From the IMG/VR virus record IMGVR_UViG_2690316285_000010: DNA of 41,117 nucleotides; one strand, written 5' to 3'. This DNA comes from a virus (taxonomy: Duplodnaviria > Heunggongvirae > Uroviricota > Caudoviricetes). The number at the start of each line of letters is the position of its first letter. Position 1 is the first letter of the stretch. Below, piece by piece: positions 27,853 through 37,364 of this stretch. The position numbers and the translations under genes were made by a program. The notes beneath the pieces are model-generated. The model had not been told where the DNA came from. It saw only the letters and a list, made by a program, of their open reading frames with translations, and did no database searches.

Positions 27853-27978
27853 CTACTACAAGCTGAGTGTTAACGATCGCCCGTTGTGGGAGATTGACCT
27901 GCTGAACTTCATTTACCGGAAGGACGGCAGGGACATTGTGCCCGATCGCATCCGTTCCGCGCTCGGGCTTGGCTGATA
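27853..27978 (+). pseudogene. 3' remnant of tail tube gene (P2 gpFII-like), truncated by IS4
   Basis: Open frame ...NDRPLWEIDLLNFIYRKDGRDIVPDRIRSALGLG* directly abutting the IS4 end; resembles the C-terminus of P2 FII as I remember it (...EIDTINMIEKVNGVDRLEQHRRNIGL); sits just upstream of E as FII does in P2. Confidence 0.55.
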
Positions 27979-28030
27979 AGTAATATGCAGGCGGCGCAGT
28001 GCGTCGCCTCTGACTGAAAGGAGTTTCCTG

Positions 28031-28396
28031 ATGAAAGAGACGAAAAACATCGATACCGAAAACACGGTCGTTGCTGACACTGTGAAAGAAACCAGTGAGC
28101 GTGGCGTAAAACTTACCCAACCAATTGAGCGAGGCGGCGAAAAAATCACGTATGTGGAGATCACCGGGGCTATTGAGCAGGCTGGATCTCTGCGAGATTT
28201 GTCGCTGTCTGATGTGCTGAATTTGAAAGCGGAATCCATGTTTACGCTGCTGTCACGCGTGACATCACCGCGACTGGATGAAGTGACGATCAAAAAAATG
28301 GCATCCCGTGACTTTATTCAGTTATGTGTGGTTGCCGTAAATTTTTTGAGCGGTGCGGACTCTGGCGAGAAGAACGAACAGGCGACGGAAGCCTGA
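28031..28396 (+). CDS. E: tail assembly chaperone (P2 gpE-like)
   Basis: AAGGAG RBS; 121 aa; followed by overlapping -1 frame extension. Confidence 0.8.
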   Translation: MKETKNIDTENTVVADTVKETSERGVKLTQPIERGGEKITYVEITGAIEQAGSLRDLSLSDVLNLKAESMFTLLSRVTSPRLDEVTIKKMASRDFIQLCVVAVNFLSGADSGEKNEQATEA

Positions 28397-28560
28397 TCAC
28401 GGTTGTGTGCTTTGAGCACATAGAAGACTTTGTGGCGGATATTGCCGCCATTTTTAACTGGTCGCCCGCCGAAATCTTCATGATGACGCCCGGCGAAGTG
28501 GTTAGCTGGCGTGAGCGGGCGGCACTTCGCAGCGGGAATGCAGACAATGAAGACTCTTGA
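28031..28560 (+). CDS. tail assembly chaperone E+E' (-1 programmed frameshift product)
   Basis: Slippery heptamer T_TTT_TTG at 28342-28348 in the E frame; the -1 frame is open from there to 28560, as for P2 E/E'. Confidence 0.65.
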
Positions 28561-31135
28561 TATCCGGGTCGCTTTCAGCGCCGTTGACAGGCTGACCCGG
28601 CCTGCCGAAAACGCCCGCCGCCTGATGGGGCAGTTTGGTGACTCCATCCAGCGAACGCAGGGGGCGATCAAAAATCTCGAGCGTCAGGCGCGTTCATTTG
28701 AGCGCGCCCGTGACGCTGTCAGTAAAGCGGATGCGGGCATCGTGAAAGCACGACGCCAGCTTAACGCCCTTAATCAGTTACAACGCACGGGTACAGTGCT
28801 CAGCGAAAAACAACAAAAGCTGATGCAGCAGTTAAGCACCCGGCTTGAACGCCTGAATGAATCGCGCACACGGGAAATTCAGAAAATGCGGGAACTTGGC
28901 GGAGAGCTGAAACGCCACGGCATTTCCCTGACAGGCAGCGATAACACCATCCAGCAGGCCATCAGACGCACCGGACAATACAACAACCAGCTTGAACGCG
29001 AACGGCGGGCGCTTGCGCGTGTAACGCAGGCGCGTGAGCGGTATTCACGCGCGCAGGAAACAGCGGGAAAACTGAAAACAGGTGGTGCGCTGGCAACAGG
29101 TGCGGCGGCAGCGGGCGGCTATGCTGCCGGGCGTTTTTTGCAGCCCGCTATCGGGTTCGGGAAAGAGATGTCCCGTGTTCAGGCACTGACGCGAATCGAT
29201 AAAAACAGCCCGCAGTTTAAGGCGCTGCGTGAGCAGGCGTTAAAACTTGGCTCTGAAACGCAGTTCACCGCAGGCGATGCCGCCAGTGGACAGGCATTTC
29301 TTGCAATGGCTGGTTTCACACCGCAGGCCATTCAGGCTGCGCTTCCCGGCGTGCTGAGCATGGCAACGGCTGGCGGTATGGACCTCGGCGAGACGGCGGA
29401 TATTGGTTCCAATATCCTGACGCAGTTCGGCCTCTCTGCTGACCAGATGGACCGGGTCGGTGACACACTTACCGCAGCGTTTACCCGTACCAACACTGAC
29501 CTTCGCGCACTGGGCGAAACCATGAAATATGCAGGTCCGGTGGCGGGTAAGCTGGGAATATCGCTGGAGCAGGCCGCAGCGATGGCGGGCGTGCTGGCGA
29601 AGATGGGTATCAGGGGGAGTGATGCAGGTACAGCGTTGCGTAAAAGCCTGGCCAATCTGTCATCACCGCCAAAGGCAGCGGCAGAAGCACTGAAAGAGCT
29701 GGGGGTGTCAGTTGCTGACGCCAAAGGCAAAATGCGCCCGATGGAGAATGTGCTGGCCGATCTCTATAAAGCCACCCGCAAATACGGGGAGGTTGACCGG
29801 GTATCGTTCTTTAAGGACATTGCCGGAGAAGAGGCTTTCACATCATTTATGGGCCTCGTTGATGCGGCAGGTGACGGCTTCTTAGCCAAACTGAGAAAAG
29901 AACTTGAAGGCGCGCGCGGTGAGGCAGAACGCACGGCAAAGGTTATGGCCAATAACCTTGATGGCAACCTGAAATCACTCGGCAGTGCATGGGAAGGTCT
30001 GCGTATTCGCATCAGTGATCTGGTTGACGGTCCGCTGCGTTCTGTCACGCAGTGGCTCACGCGGGTTGTCTCAAAGGTGACGGCGCTGGCGCAGGCCCAC
30101 CCGGCACTGACGCGCCAGTTACTGATAGCGGGAGGCGCACTGCTGGCGACAACAGCAACGGTTGGTTCGTTGTCTCTGGTTATTGGGGTGCTTCACGGGA
30201 AGCTGGCTACGTTGCGTCTCGGTTTTTCTCTCCTGACCGAATCAATGAATGTTGTCAGGGTTCTGCCTGCATTATGGGGAATGGTGACGGGTTCCGTTTC
30301 TTTACTTGGTGGCGCTATCGGGGCGCTGTTCAGTCCGGTTAGTCTTATCGTGGCTGCGCTTGCCGGAGCTGCCGTTCTTATCTGGAAATACTGGGATCCC
30401 ATCAGGGCATTTTTTGCCGGGGTGTTCAGCGGGATTATGGAAAGGCTGACCCCGTTGCGCGAAACCTTTGAACGGTTTGGCCCTGTTTTTGATGTCGTGC
30501 GCGATGGGATTATTCAGGTCTTTAACTGGTTTAAATCGCTGCTGTCACCGATGGAGTCCAGCAAGGAAACGCTGGATAAATGTGCCAGTGCTGGCGAGAT
30601 ATTCGGTAACGTTCTTGGCGGTGCGTTACAACTTGTTCTGACACCTGCAAAAATGCTACTGGATACGCTGGCGTGGATACTTGAAAAACTTGGCGTCCTT
30701 CCGGATGAAGCGGAAAGGGCGCGCAAGAAAATCGAAGACGCACAGCGTGCGGCCATTCTTCAGGACAAGGTTGCCTTGCTTCAGGGGGACCTGGCGAAAA
30801 TCAATCCGCCGAAGCCTGTGGAAAATGGCAATGGCACCGGAGGTGATAAACCCAAAGACAACAAACCGCTCACAGACAGCAATACCGGGACGCTACGCAG
30901 ACTCAGCAAAATTGCTGATAACACAGGTAAGCTGGTTGATGAGACGAAAAAACGCATTGGCCCCGGCGATATTGTCTTTAAGAACCTGCCCCGCGCACTT
31001 GCTGTTCGTGGGGAGTGGCAGGAGCGGAAGATTGCGCAGGTCAGTAAGCCTGCCCCCGCAATTAATATCACACCCGTGGTCCCGGCTCCGCTGCCTCCGG
31101 CGCTGGTCCCTGTTGTTGCGGCCAGCTCCCGCCCG
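28511..31135 (+). CDS. T: tail tape measure protein (P2 gpT-like), 3' end hidden in N-run
   Basis: Long alpha-helical Ala/Gly-rich protein with hydrophobic central segments; 875 codons before N-run 31136-31361. Start codon uncertain (GTG 28511 or ATG 28538/28547). Confidence 0.8.
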
Positions 31136-31363
31136 NNNNNNNNNNNNNNNNNNNNNNNNNNNNNNNNNNNNNNNNNNNNNNNNNNNNNNNNNNNNNNNNN
31201 NNNNNNNNNNNNNNNNNNNNNNNNNNNNNNNNNNNNNNNNNNNNNNNNNNNNNNNNNNNNNNNNNNNNNNNNNNNNNNNNNNNNNNNNNNNNNNNNNNNN
31301 NNNNNNNNNNNNNNNNNNNNNNNNNNNNNNNNNNNNNNNNNNNNNNNNNNNNNNNNNNNNNTC

Positions 31364-31858
31364 ATGGCCATGATGATGATCTACGGCATGTTTGTTTTTG
31401 AGCTGCGTACATTGCCGCATCAGCAGTTACAGCAAAACAAAAGCTGGCGGCATGTGAAAAATGAACGCGTTAACCGTTCGGCAAGCTGGCAGTATATCGG
31501 TGCAGGTGATGAGCGCATCGTTCTTTCTGGTGTGCTTTATCCTGAAATTACAGGTGGCGAAGTGTCGCTGTCGCTGCTGACCACGCAGGCGTATACAGGA
31601 CGACCCTGGCCTCTGATTGATGGCGTCGGGCAGATTTACGGCATGTATGTCCTGACCGAAACGAATACGACCCGCTCCGAGTTTGATCGCTACGGTAAGG
31701 CGAAAAAGATAGAATTTTCACTGACTCTTGAACGCTGTGATGAGGATTTGCGGGAGCGCCTGCAATCCTCATCGTTCAGCGATATGCTGTCCGGCTTCAA
31801 AGATAAGGTAACATCATCCCTTAACAGCGCGGCCAGTTCAGTTAAAGGGTTGTTCTGA
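31364..31858 (+). CDS. U: tail protein (P2 gpU-like)
   Basis: MAMMMIYGMFVFELRTLPHQQLQQNKSWRH... vs P2 U MMMVLGLFVFMLQTVPYQELQYQRNWRH...; begins immediately after the N-run. The ORF track fuses T, the gap and U into one 1115-aa ORF. Confidence 0.8.
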   Translation: MAMMMIYGMFVFELRTLPHQQLQQNKSWRHVKNERVNRSASWQYIGAGDERIVLSGVLYPEITGGEVSLSLLTTQAYTGRPWPLIDGVGQIYGMYVLTETNTTRSEFDRYGKAKKIEFSLTLERCDEDLRERLQSSSFSDMLSGFKDKVTSSLNSAASSVKGLF

Positions 31859-31871
31859 TTTAACACAAAAA

Positions 31872-31904
31872 CCGCTAATGGTCAGATTAGCGGTTATTTT
31901 GTTT
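31872..31904. terminator. bidirectional rho-independent terminator between U and the invertase gene
   Basis: CCGCTAAT-ggtcag-ATTAGCGG hairpin with T-tracts on both sides (TTATTTTGTTT on plus, TTTTTGTGTTA on minus). Confidence 0.6.
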
Positions 31905-32481
31905 CCTGACTCTTCTCTATTGTTCCGATTGATTCTCCTGCGGGGTGGTAACGATAAATCGTCGATATACCAATGCCGTAAATTATTGCCAGTTGTTTTC
32001 TGTCGTGCCCGTTTTTGATCAGCCTTGCTATTTGCTCATGCTGTTCTTTTGTCAGCTTCGGTCGACGTCCGCCTGTGCGCCCCCGTGCGCGTGCTGCCGC
32101 CAGTCCGGCCAGTGTACGTTCAACAATTAATTCACGTTCCATTTCAGCCAGGGCACCCATCACGTGGAAGAAAAAACGCCCCATTGGAGAAGATGTATCT
32201 ATGCTGTCGGTCAGACTGCGAAAATTAATTCCTCGCTCCCGTAGTTCCCCGACGAGAGAAATCAGATGTTTCATGCTTCGCCCGAGGCGATCCAGTTTCC
32301 AGACAACCAGCGTGTCACCTTTTTGAAGGCGCTTTAAAGCGCGTTTTAATCCCGGTCGGTCTGTCTTTGTCCCGCTTAATTTATCTTCAAATATTTGTTC
32401 ACATCCTGCACAAACAAGAGCGTTTCGTTGCAGGTCTGTATTCTGGTCATTTGTTGATACCCTTACATAGCCAATCAGCAC
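31894..32481 (-). CDS. pin: serine DNA invertase (Pin/Gin/Cin/Min family)
   Basis: [36 protein letters not shown]... is close to e14 Pin through the catalytic domain (Ser in VRVSTNDQ), C-terminal HTH diverged. Start placed at GTG 32479-32481; ORF track uses TTG at 32499. Confidence 0.88.
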   Translation of the reverse strand: MLIGYVRVSTNDQNTDLQRNALVCAGCEQIFEDKLSGTKTDRPGLKRALKRLQKGDTLVVWKLDRLGRSMKHLISLVGELRERGINFRSLTDSIDTSSPMGRFFFHVMGALAEMERELIVERTLAGLAAARARGRTGGRRPKLTKEQHEQIARLIKNGHDRKQLAIIYGIGISTIYRYHPAGESIGTIEKSQETK

Positions 32482-32535
32482 GCTGAATCTCCCGTCCAAA
32501 AGCGCAAATCATGCCATGCAGGCCGGAAACGGCCA

Positions 32536-32561
32536 TTATCTAAAACCTCGGTTTACAGGAA
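32536..32561. other. invertase crossover site (gix/pix-like), site 1
   Basis: TTATCTAAAACC-TC-GGTTTACAGGAA: two 12-bp inverted half-sites around a 2-bp core, near-identical to the Mu gix site as I remember it; 55 bp from the invertase start. Confidence 0.8.
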
Positions 32562-32670
32562 ACGGTAAACAAGGCTGGTAACGCCGTGCAAAAAAATGGC
32601 GATACGTTGTCCGGTGGACTTACTTTTGAAAACGACTCAATCCTTGCCTGGATTCGAAANNNNNNNNNNN

Positions 32671-33260
32671 TCTTCTATTGTACGACGGTGTTCGTCAAAA
32701 GCTAATTGTCGCCAGGGACTTTCGAATGAGTATTTGCTGAGCCAGCGTCGGTGTGCAGGGCCCCAATCTGCTCGCCCGACATAATGGACCCCATGAACCA
32801 GAAGAAACGATTTCAGACGTTGCCTTGCATGCCGTAAATCATCGCGGGCAGATGCCCATGCCCGGGCCAAATCCCGGAATGCCTCATCTTCAATGCCGGG
32901 TACGTAGACAGCAGAAAGATCTCCTGCACGCAGTGAACGCACAAGTCTGATGGCATCACGGCGATCGGTTTTAACCCGCTCCCCCGGTTTTTTCGGGATA
33001 AGTGAGGGGGCGCAGACCATGCAGTCAAAACCGGATTTCACCAGCCGACGATAAAGTCCATAACCACAGGGCCCCGCTTCATAAACGATACTGACCTGCG
33101 ATGACTTTGACCTGAGACGTTTACAAAGATTCTGAATATCAGTAGGTGATGTGCCAATTTTACCCATCAGTTCAACAGGTTCTGAATTGATAGCATAAGC
33201 GACAGTAATCGATTCTTTGTGAACATCTAACCCGACGTACAATGTGTTATTGTTGTTCAT
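32671..33260 (-). mobile_element. 5' part of an IS110-family (DEDD) transposase gene, cut off by N-run 32660-32670
   Basis: N-terminus MNNNNTLYVGLDVHKESITVAYA... is typical of IS110-family transposases (and related Piv-type invertases). Only about 196 codons precede the gap. Confidence 0.6.
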
Positions 33261-33386
33261 GCTGGCCTCCGTGGTGGAAATACCGGGGTGTAGCAACAGC
33301 TCACCCATGCGGCTCTGACAACGATGTTAACCCGCGTTAAATATCCCACGTTGGCCAGCATCTGTCTCACGGAAAGTCATACTGCC

Positions 33387-33656
33387 TTACATTGTGTCTG
33401 GTTCTTCCGGCCACTCAATATCAGGTGCAGTTGATGTATCAACACGGTTCAGCAACACCCGATACTTCTTCCAGGCTTCCAGCAACGAGTTTTCTTCCTC
33501 CGTTGCGATCTCCAGATCTACAGCATCCTGAAGTGGCGCAATATGCTCACTGAATTCCTGGATGTAGAACTGTGTGGTGACGGTCTTCCAGCCATTCGGC
33601 TCCTGCTGTATCGAAGCATACCAGGCTATTTCAATATCGCTATGCTGCGGCAGCAT
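33387..33656 (-). CDS. short tail-fibre-assembly-like protein (C-terminal domain only)
   Basis: 89-aa ORF ending ...[28 protein letters not shown], the conserved C-terminus of Tfa proteins; N-terminal half unlike the other Tfa copies here. Confidence 0.5.
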   Translation of the reverse strand: MLPQHSDIEIAWYASIQQEPNGWKTVTTQFYIQEFSEHIAPLQDAVDLEIATEEENSLLEAWKKYRVLLNRVDTSTAPDIEWPEEPDTM

Positions 33657-33712
33657 TTAACCCCTTGTAATTCATCGCCATAATTGATTTAATTCACAAA
33701 TAAAACTATAAT

Positions 33713-34381
33713 ATGGTGAAATTAATGAAAAAAAACACAGATGATGGGGCTAAAATTTACACACCACTTACCCTAAAGCTTTATGACTGGTGGGTTTTGG
33801 GAGTATCAAATCGGCTTGCATGGGGATGTCCTACAAAGGAACACCTTCTTCCACACTTTCTGGAACATTTAGGTAACAACCATCTGGATATTGGTGTTGG
33901 AACTGGGTTTTACCTTACTCACGTACCTGAGAGTAGTCTGATATCTTTAATGGATTTGAACGAAGCTAGCCTGAACGCGGCATCTACAAGGGCTGGGGAA
34001 TCAAAAATTAAACATAAAATTAGCCATGATGTTTTTGAACCTTATCCCGCGGCGTTACATGGTCAATTTGATTCCATTTCCATGTTTTACCTTCTTCACT
34101 GCCTGCCTGGAAATATATCTACAAAAAGCTGTGTAATACGCAATGCGGCGCAGGCCTTAACTGATGATGGAACTCTATACGGAGCCACAATTCTTGGCGA
34201 TGGAGTTGTGCACAATAGCTTCGGTCAAAAACTGATGCGCATTTACAATCAGAAAGGCATCTTTTCAAACACAAAAGATTCCGAAGAAGGCTTAACACAT
34301 ATACTCTCAGAGCATTTCGAGAATGTTAAAACCAAGGTTCAAGGTACTGTAGTAATGTTTTCCGCTTCAGGGAAAAAATAG
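33713..34381 (+). CDS. class I SAM-dependent methyltransferase (substrate unknown)
   Basis: 222-aa ORF with motif I LDIGVGTGF; AT-rich coding sequence; followed by a hairpin CCGCAGCACGT...ACGTGCTGCGG at 34390-34422. Confidence 0.6.
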   Translation: MVKLMKKNTDDGAKIYTPLTLKLYDWWVLGVSNRLAWGCPTKEHLLPHFLEHLGNNHLDIGVGTGFYLTHVPESSLISLMDLNEASLNAASTRAGESKIKHKISHDVFEPYPAALHGQFDSISMFYLLHCLPGNISTKSCVIRNAAQALTDDGTLYGATILGDGVVHNSFGQKLMRIYNQKGIFSNTKDSEEGLTHILSEHFENVKTKVQGTVVMFSASGKK

Positions 34382-34579
34382 CATCCAACCGCAGCACGTT
34401 CTTGCTTAAGACGTGCTGCGGCATAATCCCAATGATTACTCCCTGACAGGGTTCGTAGGCCACTCAATATCAGGTGCAGTTGATGTATCAACACGGTTCA
34501 GCAACACCCGATACTTTTTCTAGGCTTCCACCACCAGCACGACAAGATGCCGCATACAGTGACCCAGTCAGTCCAGTTT

Positions 34580-34780
34580 TCAGACAACCAGTGCGTCACC
34601 TTTTTGAAGGCGCTTTAAAGCACGTTTTAATCCAGGTCGGCCTGTCCTTGTTCCGCTTAATTTATCTTCAAATATTTGTTCATATCCTGCACAAACAAGA
34701 GCGTTTCGTTGCAGGTCTGTATTCTGGTCATTTGTTGATACCCTTACATAGCCAATCAGCACGCTGAATCTCCCGTCCAA
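34580..34780 (-). pseudogene. diverged 5' fragment of a second invertase gene (about 66 codons)
   Basis: Translates to [19 protein letters not shown]...LQKGDALVV*; differs from the intact pin at several nucleotides (C->Y, K->R, D->G, T->A), so it is not an assembly duplicate. Confidence 0.6.
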
Positions 34781-34816
34781 AAGCGCAAATCATGCCATGC
34801 AGGCCAGAAACCGCCA

Positions 34817-34832
34817 TTATCTAAAACCTCGG
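34817..34832. other. crossover site 2 (left half visible; rest in N-run)
   Basis: TTATCTAAAACCTCGG then N-run 34833-34923; sequence after the gap resumes CGGTTTACGAGAAC..., a variant right half. Confidence 0.5.
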
Positions 34833-34923
34833 NNNNNNNNNNNNNNNNNNNNNNNNNNNNNNNNNNNNNNNNNNNNNNNNNNNNNNNNNNNNNNNNNNNN
34901 NNNNNNNNNNNNNNNNNNNNNNN

Positions 34924-35897
34924 CGGTTTACGAGAACTCGGCACAAGCGGGGAGAAAATACCGTTACTCAGTACAGCGAATACCTGGACTAATCGACAAA
35001 CATTCAGCGGTGGCCTTTCTGGTGAACTATCCGGCAATGCTTCTACAGCTNNNNNNNNNNNNNNNNNNNNNNNNNNNNNNNNNNNNNNNNNNNNNNNNNN
35101 NNNNNNNNNNNNNNNNNNNNNNNNNNNNNNNNNNNNNNNNNNNNNNNNNNNNNNNNNNNNNNNNNNNNNNNNNNNNNNNNNNNNGTGCGTTTGCCTTAGG
35201 GAAAACAGGAAGCACCGTTGCGAATGATAAAGCAGTTGGATGGAACTGGAGTAGCGGAGCCTATAACGCAACTATTAGTGGTGCATCAACGTTAATTATT
35301 CATTTTTATAATTAATCCGAAACTGAGCTGCAGGACAACTTCCTTCTCCCATATAAAAATGGCGGTATTTTTTATCGTTCAGCCCGTGATGGTTATGGTT
35401 TTGAAGCCGACTGGTCCGAATTTTACACCACCAGAAAACCTTCAGCAGGAGATGTTGGTGCACTGCCGTTATCTGGTGGTCAACTGAATGGTGCACTGGG
35501 TATCGGAACATCCAGTGCTCTTGGCGGTAATTCGATTGTATTGGGTGATAATGACACGGGCTTTAAACAAAAAGGCGATGGTAATCTGGATGTTTATGCT
35601 AATAACGTCCATGTTATGCGCTTTGTCTCCGGAAGCATTCAAAGTAATAAAACCATAAATATTACGGGACGTGTTAATCCCTCGGATTACGGTAACTTTG
35701 ATTCCCGCTATGTGAGAGATGTCAGACTTGGCACACGAGTTGTTTAGACCATGAAGAAAGGCGTGATGTATGAAAAATCAGGCCATGTAATCACGGGGCT
35801 TGGTATTATCGGTGAAGTCGATGGTGATGATCCGGCAGTATTCAGACCAATACAAAAGTTAATTAACGGAACATGGTATAACGTATCGCAGGTATAA
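34924..35897 (+). pseudogene. tail fibre variable C-terminal domain (P2 H-like type), disrupted
   Basis: Encodes ...TWTNRQTFSGGLSGELSGNASTA, (gap 35051-35184), ...[21 protein letters not shown]..., ...[18 protein letters not shown]...[18 protein letters not shown]. Interrupted by a 41-bp inversion (35311-35351) and an in-frame TAG at 35745. Confidence 0.6.
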
Positions 35898-35899
35898 TC

Positions 35900-36131
35900 A
35901 TGCAGCATTTAAAAAACATTGTCGCAGGTAATCCAAAAACCGTTGAACAATACCAGCTAACAAAGAATTTTGATGTTATCTGGTTATGGTCCGAAGATGG
36001 AAAAAATTGGCATGAGGAATTAAAAAACTTTCAGGAGGATACAATAAAACTGGCTTACACAGTTGAGGGAATAATTATTGCTATAGACAAGGATGTATCA
36101 GCAATTAATCCAGAAGGTTTAAGTGTCGTTG
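35900..36131 (+). CDS. tail fibre assembly protein, N-terminal part (P2 gpG-like), cut off by N-run
   Basis: [37 protein letters not shown]... matches the Tfa/P2 G N-terminus; ends at N-run 36132-36142. Confidence 0.65.
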
Positions 36132-36142
36132 NNNNNNNNNNN

Positions 36143-36450
36143 CCGGTCGGTCTGTCTTTGTCCCGCTTAATTTATCTTCAAATATTTGTTCACATCCTGC
36201 ACAAACAAGAGCGTTTCGTTGCAGGTCTGTATTCTGGTCATTTGTTGATACCCTTACATAGCCAATCAGCACGCTGAATCTCCCGTCCAAAAGCGCAAAT
36301 CATGCCATGCAGGCCGGAAACGGCCATTATCTAAAACCTCGGTTTACAGGAAACGGTAAACAAGGCTGGTAACGCCGTGCAAAAAAATGGCGATACGTTG
36401 TCCGGTGGACTTACTTTTGAAAACGACTCAATCCTTGCCTGGATTCGAAA
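36143..36450. repeat. exact 308-bp copy of 32352-32659 (invertase 5' end plus crossover site 3 at 36327-36352)
   Basis: Base-for-base identical to 32352-32659 by eye; each copy has an N-run on one side. Confidence 0.8.
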
Positions 36451-37363
36451 TACTGACTGGGCAAAGATTGGGTTTAAAAATAATTCGGATGCAGACACCG
36501 ATTCCTACATGTGGTTTGAAACAGGCAACAACGGCAATGAATATTTCAAATGGAGACACCGCATCATTGGCACCCGGCCTAAAGACCTGATGAATCTTAA
36601 ATGGAATGCTTTGTCTGTTCTTGTTGAAGCCCTTTTCAGCAGTGAAGTGAAAATATCGACAGTCAATGCACTGAGGATATTTAATTCATCTTTTGGTGCC
36701 ATTTTTCGTCGTTCTGAAGAATGCCTGCATATCATCCCTACACGAGAGAATGAAGGGGAAAATGGTAATATAGGGCCACTACGCCCCTTTACGCTTAATC
36801 TCAGAACTGGCCGGATAAGCATGGGGCATGGTCTTGATGTTACAGGGGATATATTTGCAAACCGTTTTGCAATTAACAGTAGTACCGGCATGTGGATTCA
36901 TATGCGTGACCAGAATGTTATTTTGGGACGTAATGCGGTATCCACTGATGGTGCTCAGGCTTTGCTCCGTCAGGACCATGCCGACCGCAAATTTATGATT
37001 GGCGGTCTGGGAAATAAGCAATTTGGCATCTACATGATTAATAACTCAAGGACAGCCAATGGCACCGATGGTCAGGCGTACATGGATAATAACGGGAACT
37101 GGCTTTGCGGCTCGCAAGTTATTCCCGGCAACTATGGCAATTTTGATTCCAGATATGTGAAAGATGTTCGACTTGGTTCACAGCAATATTATGGAGTGAA
37201 CAACTGGCAAACATGGAATTTTCAGTGCCCGTCAGGCTATGTACTGACGGGGATTAACGTACAGGATACCGGAAAAAACTCTGCCGATAATATTGCAGGC
37301 GTTCATTACAGGCCAGTGCAAAAGTATATAAATGGCACTTGGTATAATGTGGCGAGTATTTAA
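36377..37363 (+). CDS. tail fibre variable C-terminal domain, cassette A
   Basis: Frame is open from within the crossover site ([19 protein letters not shown]...) to ...[17 protein letters not shown], the conserved tail-fibre tip end; would be expressed only when fused to the constant part. Confidence 0.7.
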   Translation: MQKNGDTLSGGLTFENDSILAWIRNTDWAKIGFKNNSDADTDSYMWFETGNNGNEYFKWRHRIIGTRPKDLMNLKWNALSVLVEALFSSEVKISTVNALRIFNSSFGAIFRRSEECLHIIPTRENEGENGNIGPLRPFTLNLRTGRISMGHGLDVTGDIFANRFAINSSTGMWIHMRDQNVILGRNAVSTDGAQALLRQDHADRKFMIGGLGNKQFGIYMINNSRTANGTDGQAYMDNNGNWLCGSQVIPGNYGNFDSRYVKDVRLGSQQYYGVNNWQTWNFQCPSGYVLTGINVQDTGKNSADNIAGVHYRPVQKYINGTWYNVASI

Positions 37364-37364
37364 T

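Noticed and set aside
30681-31420. ORFs composed largely of X residues (30681-31373, 30781-31371, 30893-31420, also 34756-35315, 38294-38593)
   Set aside because: They are translations across N-runs, not real coding sequence.
28511-31858. Single 1115-aa ORF in the ORF track
   Set aside because: It runs through 226 N's (31136-31361). The part before the gap is tape-measure-like and the part after begins with a clear gpU N-terminus, so it is two genes joined by masked sequence.
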